Both the position numbers and the translations under genes were made by a program. Under the pieces are notes generated by a model that saw nothing but the letters and a program-made list of their open reading frames with translations, ran no database searches and had not been told where the DNA came from. Of a DNA stretch of 64,000 nucleotides, positions 56,960-64,000 are shown piece after piece. Source of the stretch: the human T2T-CHM13v2.0 reference genome, Homo sapiens; the NCBI RefSeq assembly GCF_009914755.1, contig NC_060947.1; one strand, given 5' to 3'. Each line of letters starts with the position of its first letter. Positions within the stretch are counted from its first letter, which is position 1.

Positions 56960-58220
56960 AGTTTTTTCCTTGATTATTAAGATAATCCATATTAACTGTG
57001 GAACATTTAGAAAATACAAGAAAAAGGCCAAAAAAAAATAATTCAAAAAAATCAAGAGGAAAATTATCTTTACTATAATCTCACCACTCAGAAATAATTA
57101 CAGTTAATATTTGAATATATTTATTTTCAGCTTTTTAAAAATTATGTCTATGTGAGTATTAATATTAAATATGCATATTAATATGCAAATGTATATGTAT
57201 CTTATATCTTCAATTGTAATATAGGTAAATTTCTCTGTTGTCAGAATTAGGTAGCATGTCTTTAAAAATCTTTGCTTTGTTTACAGGTGTTAATAATAAT
57301 CTCATATTTCAGTTTGTGTTTATTTGATTACCAGTGAAGTTGTATTTCTTATGTTTTTTAGCTATTTCTATTTTCATTTTTGTGAATGATCTTCTCAAAA
57401 ACTGTGTTCATTATTCCATAGGATTCTTGTTAAAAATCAATCTTATATTTTCCCTATATGTGAATATCATTAAACCTTTGCTATGCTTCTTGTTGTCATT
57501 TGATTTAATTTATGCAAAAAGTATTAGATTTTCTTTCATAGGTAGTCAAACCTATCATTTATTCTTTTCTATGTTTTTCTACATCATTTTAAATGTTAAA
57601 ATGTCTTTACTCACCTATAATTTCTTCTCTCTTGTCTGTGTATCTGTGGTGTTTATTTATGTTTTTATAGATCTTATTCTTTGATCAAACCAGGAACTTA
57701 TTTTATTAGACTGTATTAAGGAGATGTCTAAGTTGATTTTCTCAGTGCCTGTCATTACATAGTCCTTTATTTTTCTATTAATTCTCATCGCTTCCCTTAT
57801 GGTGAATTAATTCACACATACACTTACATTTGTTTCTGTCTCTACTGATATTAATTAATTTGTCTCTCCTTGTACCAGAAATATAATATTTTAGTTATTA
57901 TTGGTTTATAATATATTTTAATAACTGAACACAGTTATGGCAATTCCTGCAATACTTTTTTCAAAAATAACATTCTTCTTTGCAAATGAACCTTATAATT
58001 ATTTTAAGTTTCAAAACAAACTCCAATTGGATTTTATTGGCAATTATTACATTTAAACAACATAATCATCTGGCGATTATCAGAATCTTTCAAGCATTTA
58101 GAAATTATATCCAAAACAATGCATCCCTTCATCATGCTTGAGTTATTTTTTTAATCTCTTGATGAAGTTGTCATTTTTTTCAAACGTATCACTCACATTG
58201 TCTTGAATAAGGTTATTCTT
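56960..58220 (-). mobile_element. L1ME-like fragment
   Basis: T-rich antisense ORF2 relics (ttctttgcaaatgaaccttataat; ttgggattttattggcaatt). Confidence 0.55.
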
Positions 58221-58637
58221 GTCTTCTACCAGTCATTGAGCACTATACAGCGTGGCCCACCTTAACTGACTGAATGCGGAAAGAAGGGTGTCAAGGAGAC
58301 TGAAAGTCAGGAGACTTCTACCTGCTTTAGGAGGAAGTTTCAGTGCAAGACTGTGGTGGCTCTCCAGGTGTATTTTTTTTCACAGACCCTGCAATTTCTG
58401 GGGGAAGACAGTATGGGTGGGTCAAAGGCCCAACTAACATTCTGTCCTTCAAACCCTACTGTTATTTCAGAGGAGAGATTCTCAACATTTTTTATAAATT
58501 TAGTCCCACTCCAACCATATTTTGTGAAAATTCCTTGCAGGATTCAGCAAATGGTTAGGTATTACTCCTATTGTCATTGTGATTATGGCTTTGTATCTTA
58601 TTTTGCTCTTTTATGAGCATTTTAATGGAAACATGGG

Positions 58638-59010
58638 TGAATTCAGGATAGTCTAAGGAATGCTGCAGTAACAATCGACCCTCAAATTTCAGGGACTTTA
58701 TACCAGACAAGTTTATTTTTCATTCCTACTGTTTGTCCAGTCTGGTTGTCTGGGGGAATCTGATCATTGCAGGCTTGTGTAAATTCCATGTTATCACAGG
58801 CTTACACTATCACTGCAGCAGGGAGAAGAAACATGGTAAATCATATACTGGCTCTTACAGCTTCCATACAGGAATATCACTTCAGCACTCTCTCATTGGC
58901 CAAAGTAAGTCACATGGCCTTATCTGGTTTCAAAATGGGGAGAGAATTATACTCCTACTATGTTCCAGAACCAGAGCAGACTATTTTTGGACAACCCTAA
59001 TGATTAGCAT
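58638..59010 (-). mobile_element. Old MLT1 (J/K/L-like) LTR
   Basis: tcaggatag...atgctgcagtaacaa...ctcaaatttcagggactt; cattggccaaagtaagtcacatggcc. Confidence 0.7.
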
Positions 59011-60145
59011 ACATTCACATTCTGAAAGTCTCACTTCAGCAACTTTTAAAAAATGGCGGTCGTTTGGCTTCTTAATCTTTTACAATACATAGACTAAGTC
59101 ACTTATCAGATGAGCAGTGCTTTAGAAGCTAGAAGATAATCCTTGTAGAAAAGCAATCTATTTCTAAAGGCAAAGACAAAATAAGATAGTAGGCGTTATG
59201 CCTTTGATACTGGAAGGTCTTAATTTCAGCATTTGGCGTTCAGATGCGGATTGAAGGGCATAAACGTGTCTCTGCTGTTCTATCCATGGGATGACTGTAA
59301 AGCACATGCTTTCAGAACTTTCTTTCATTGACTGAATACATTATTATGTATATTGACTTCTTTCTCTTCCTTCCAAAGGCAAAACCTTGGAGCATGAGTG
59401 TGATCACTTGAATGCAGAGTGTCATCTTCTACTAGTTTTTATGCATTCACTGTTTCTTTTTAACATCAGAGGAGAGGGAAGTCTTGTTGCTATAATATGC
59501 TACTTTAAACAATCCTGGACTGTGAGGCTGCCAACTCTGGCATCAGTTAAGTCAAGAGCAGGATACAATGGGTAGTGAGGGGGTGGGAAGAATCCACCTA
59601 ATACATATCTCATATTGATTAAAATAAATGAATGCTCTATTTCTAACTGGTGTCAAAAGACATTTACAGTTTCCCTAGCCTGTTTCCCACGTCTGTTTGG
59701 CACAGAGACTGCCAGGATCAATGGTCCAATTTTAGTTCCACTTTCTTCTTCCATCATTCCCTGTATTCAGCTCTTCGGAAGTGAGTTAATAATGTAAAAT
59801 CTGGCTGAATTAAATTCATTTAACTGTGCTGCCAATTCCCTTCCCTTCATGCATTTTTAAAAAGATCTCAAACCGGTGATGGATTTCTAATGCTCTAGGA
59901 AAAGAAAGCAAGGATGAGACAGTAAACCTGAATGGAGTGGATTGTTTATTATAATTACTCCAATGAATTATCTCACTTTGTACCCAGAAGGAAGAGGAAA
60001 TATCAACCTATATAGGCTTTGCAAGTGGTAATATGCCTGGTGGAAAAAAACTGTAGAAACGGCCTCTTCAGTCAGTCAAACAAGTGACACAGTGCAGCTT
60101 CACATGGAAAGCTGTGAACAGTAAAATATGAGTTTTGGGGGGGCT

Positions 60146-60159
60146 GTTTCTATAGCAAC
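60146..60159. promoter_or_regulatory. Candidate RFX X-box
   Basis: GTTTCTATAGCAAC, a 14-bp imperfect palindrome with a GCAAC half-site. Motif match only. Confidence 0.4.
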
Positions 60160-61726
60160 CCAGCATATTCTAGCTAGGACTACGAATGCTTTTTTTTAAA
60201 AATTAAACTTACAGTTAGAAACATATTAGAAACCAGGCCTCAAACAGTGCCTGTATGTGACACTATAACTACGTGACCTAGACCTACCTGGAAAAATGGT
60301 CTAATTTGAATCCTGTTCCTTGTTCCCAGACTTGTCTCTGGTTCTTTCCAAATCCTCTTGGCTTGTTAAATTGACTGATGCAATTAGAGTGTATAATCTT
60401 AAAGTAATATTCAGAAAAAGATAGAAAGATGAAATTTTTGTCAAATATATAATAACAAATGGTAAAGATTTCAGCAGAGATCTTTTAATGAGAGAATGTT
60501 CCTAGAAATTAAATACCCATATGTCTATTAGTTTGGGTGAGTCTGTTAGCATTCAACTGTTAAAGTCACCTGCTTCCAAAGCAAGATGTTAGAACAAGAG
60601 ATTGTTAATGGCTTTTTAAAGATTCCTTATAAGTACTGAATAGATTTTTCCTATCATGGCAAACAAACCACCTGGAATTTGGACTGTGTTTTATTACCTA
60701 CCTCCCTGCTTACAGTCTCTGGTCCCATGAAGGTGTCTTGTTTATCCTAACTATAAAGTGGTTCTAATGGCCTAATTGGTTAATAACACAGCCAGTTCCC
60801 TAGTTTGTATTCTCATGACAAACCAGAGAGCAAAAGACTTCACATTCTGGTTGCATGCTCCCATTTTTTTGTTCCTTAAATGGAACCAGGGACCATCCTG
60901 CTACTAGATATGTTCTTCATCACCACAAACATCTAGAGACTTCATTTGTGCAGTATGGACAAAAGTTTCAATGGTTCCAGAAACCATGCTCCCATTAATT
61001 TCATGTTTAGCAAGATCACTCTGGAAATCCAGACCATGGCAATGACGAAAAGTTGAGTGGCTCATTCAGTGTATCATCTAGCAAAGCTCAGCATCCAATA
61101 GAGCTTTAGGAGTTCAGGTGCTTCTAATAAAATGGAAAATGCCTTTCCTATTAATAATGCAGCACACTCCTCTGTCCTCTTGTCTCTAGATCCTTTTGCT
61201 GACTCAAAACAACAACAACAACAAAACACTGTGTTGTGCTTTCACACAAATACCAAACACCTCTGGAGAGAGCACTATATTTCAGCCAATGACAGAGGGA
61301 AGATTTGAAATTCGAGATGCAGGATTTGAGAAGTTTTCTATTACTCTGAATTTCCTCCTTTTTTATTTTATTATCCACCAACCATCCCCCACCCCAACCT
61401 TGAGAGTTAAGATTCTGAAAGTGTCTCATGTAAACTCTGAATAAATTCTTGGTGTTTAGCATAGCCAGCTTCCCTTATTGCTTTCAGAGTCAAACCTCTC
61501 TGGAGCCAAATGGGGCTCTTTGCTACATCAGTGCAAAGACTGATAAAAATTAAGTTTGGCACCACAATGGCTTCTCCTGACAAGCAATTCATAACTCTGA
61601 CAGGGCCACATACTAATGTTTTCACCTATGATTGGGCTATTGACATCAGTTAAACTGACCAAGTCCCCCATCTTGTCATCCCAAGCCATCATATGTATAT
61701 TTGTTCTAATGTGTTCCTGTCCCAGT

Positions 61727-61933
61727 AAAATGATAGTTTTTCCTGTGCTCTCACTTGCTCTCTCTCACTTGCCGCCATGTAAAATGTGCCTGCTTCCCCT
61801 TCCACCACGATTGTAAGTTTCCTGAAGCCTCCCCAGCCATGCTTAACTGTGAGTCAATTAAACCTCTTTTCTTTATAAATTATCCAGTCACAGGCAGTTC
61901 TTTATAGCAGCATCAGAGCAGACTAATAATACA
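61727..61933 (+). mobile_element. THE1 (C/D-like) LTR, 3' half only
   Basis: gccgccatgtaa...gattgtaagtttcctgaagcctccccagccatg...aactgtgagtcaattaaacctcttttctttataaatta...gactaataataCA. Confidence 0.9.
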
Positions 61934-62194
61934 CTTGGTCTTCCTTACAAGCAGGGTATGTCTCAGGATAAACAGTTTTGTTACAGAGTGGATGGCTTTT
62001 CTCAGAGTGTCTTCCAAGAGACTCAAGTGGAAGCCAGGAGGCTTCTTATAGCCCAGCCCAGAACATCACTTAGGCCGTATTCTATTAGCCAAGCAAATCA
62101 TTAAAGCCCACTCAGGTTCAATGGCAGGGAAATTAAACTCCACCTCTCAATGGGAAGAGTAGCAAATAAATTTTGGCCATGTATAATCTACCAT
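61934..62194 (-). mobile_element. MLT1 (H/I/J-like) LTR fragment
   Basis: catcactt...tattctattagccaagcaaatca...actccacctctcaatgggaagagtagcaaa...taatctacca. Confidence 0.7.
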
Positions 62195-62229
62195 ATCTCA
62201 TATTTCAGAGATCAGAGATGGGTTAGCCT

Positions 62230-62566
62230 TCTCTCACCTCTCTTTTTTCTTACTTCCAACTAACTCCTCCATCCCCTCCAGTTTGGGCCCTGGTTCCATT
62301 CCTTCCTTCAAATACCCCTCCCAGTTATGGTAACATCTTATTCTGAATCACTACATCTAATAGAAGTTTTCAGTCTCAGCTTATTGATTTCAGCAACATT
62401 TGGCATGTTGCCCAATCCCTTTTTCTTTGGTTTCCATAACACAACATTCCTGGTTTTCTTTTTCCTACATCTGTGGCCATATCTTATTCCCTTTGTAGGC
62501 TCAGCCTCCTCTAACTGGCCCATTACATATTGAATTCCAGGAAGCAGGGTCACAGGGTCTCTTGTA
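62230..62566 (+). mobile_element. L2 fragment
   Basis: cagcaacatttggcatgttg...ctttggtttccataacacaacattcctggttttc...ctgtggcca. Confidence 0.65.
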
Positions 62567-62574
62567 CTTTAGAT

Positions 62575-62777
62575 CAGGAGGGATACAAATTACACCCCAC
62601 AGGCTAGCACCTATTTTTTGTAAATAAAGTTTCAGTGGAACAGAATCAGGTCCATTTATGTATGCATTGTCTATGGCTGCTTTTAAGCTACAGAGGTAAA
62701 ATGGCAGAGACTGTATGGTCTGTTAGCCTATAATATTTACTATTTGGCCCTGTACTGCAAATGTTTGCCCACCCCTC
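62575..62777. mobile_element. MER58A
   Basis: tttttgtaaataaagtttcagtggaacag...cattgtctatggctgcttt...atatttactatttggccct...gtttgcccacccct. Imperfect TSD ctttagat / ctctagaa. Confidence 0.85.
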
Positions 62778-62786
62778 CTCTAGAAC

Positions 62787-62979
62787 CAGTGGTTTTCAAG
62801 GTGTGGTCCCTGGATCAGCAGCATTCATGTCCCCTGGAACACGTCAGAAATGCAAATTCTTGAGCCCCTCCCAAGACCTGCTGAATCAGAAACTCTGGCT
62901 GTGGGGCCCAGCTACCTATGTGTTTGTTTACAAAGCCTTCCAGGTGACTCCAATACATGCTCATATTTGAGAATCACTG
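62787..62979. mobile_element. MER5A
   Basis: TIRs cagtggttttcaa and ttgagaatcactg; internal gaaatgcaaattctt...ctgaatcagaaactctg. Confidence 0.88.
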
Positions 62980-63284
62980 CTCCAAATAGTAAGAAAATCA
63001 AGGAAAGAGCCAGACATACTGAAGGTTGGAAGCAACCACCACATCTGCCATATTTGAGTTGAGGTGGTGGAGGCTGAGCACCCCTGTCTACTGGTAGGAT
63101 CTGCATCAGCCCAGGGCTAGAAGCAGCAGCTATGGCAAAACCACTGGCCTATGGGTGTTTCCTTTTTTCTGTAGAGTGGGTGAAGGTTTAGGAGCTCCGA
63201 GCAGGACCCCAGCTCTGTGGCCTAAGGGGATTGTTTTTTAACTTAGGATTACTTTTGTAACTTCAAATGTGACCTAAAAAAATA

Positions 63285-63800
63285 AGCATTATAAGTTTTT
63301 ATTTTCCTGTTATGTGCTAAGCACCATGTAAAGCACTTTGTATATTTTATATATACATGTTTAACCATTGTAACATACTAACAGAGAGCATAAGTCCTAA
63401 ACTCAAGCTTCTGGCTTCCAATTCAGGCCTTGTTGCTTTATAGTTACATACTCCTGGCCAAGTTACTTACCCACTCTCTGTTTCTAACATGATTAACTAT
63501 AAAATATGGTCAATGGCTGTATCCACCTTATAGAGTTGTTATGAGAATCAATGCATCTAAAGTGCTTAGATCACTTCCTGGCAAATAGTAAGTATTTAAT
63601 CAATTAGCTATTTGTATTATCTTATTTAATTTTCGTATCAGTACCCCAAGGTAGATATCATTGCCCCCAGTTTACAGGTAATCTCTCTGGGCCTTTGATT
63701 CCTTGGGCTAAATTTTTGAGGTCACACATCTGTAAGTTTCAGAACCAGGATTCAAAGACAGGTTGTTTAAAAGCCAATGATCAAGCTCTTAACCACAATA
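63285..63800. mobile_element. MIR cluster: a plus-strand MIR (about 63380-63620) inside a minus-strand MIR
   Basis: Plus: ggccaagttacttacccactctctg...ataaaatatgg...gttgttatgaga. Minus: tatgtgctaagcac and gaggtcacacatctgtaagt...ccaggattcaaa. Confidence 0.7.
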
Positions 63801-64000
63801 GACACACACACATGCACACACATGCACACACACACAATTTACATCTTTCTGGAAATTAGTTTCTTTTGGTAGCCATATTTCCACACAGTTGTGTTAATAT
63901 TTAAAATATTGATCAAATCTTAAAAAAACTAGAAATTCTTTAAAATGTCACATATAATTTAATTTCTTTTATTTCATTTCAAATAGCTTGCCAAACATAT

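Overview
This is AT-rich, CpG-poor primate DNA, human or great ape judging by AluY and L1PA3. It is non-coding and dominated by nested transposable elements. No host protein-coding gene, RNA gene, CpG-island promoter or CRISPR array is recognisable, and every long ORF in the track is a broken LINE-1 or ERV-L remnant. The main elements are: (1) a full-length inactive L1PA3 (21709-27905, perfect 16-bp TSD) nested inside an older L1; (2) a near-full-length L1MB on the minus strand, interrupted by a 5'-less HERV-L/MLT2 fragment; (3) a TSD-bounded, internally deleted L1MD; (4) a minus-strand L1PB1 with a ~2-kb deletion; (5) three Alus with TSDs; and (6) many MIR, L2, MaLR/ERVL LTR and hAT relics. 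I found no previously undescribed biological system. The best leads are a 30-nt L1 3' transduction, a 7-pentamer heat-shock element, a 48-bp near-perfect palindrome, an RFX X-box and a few candidate + strand exons. Repeat subfamily names come from remembered consensus sequences, not from a RepeatMasker run, and boundaries of the old elements are approximate.
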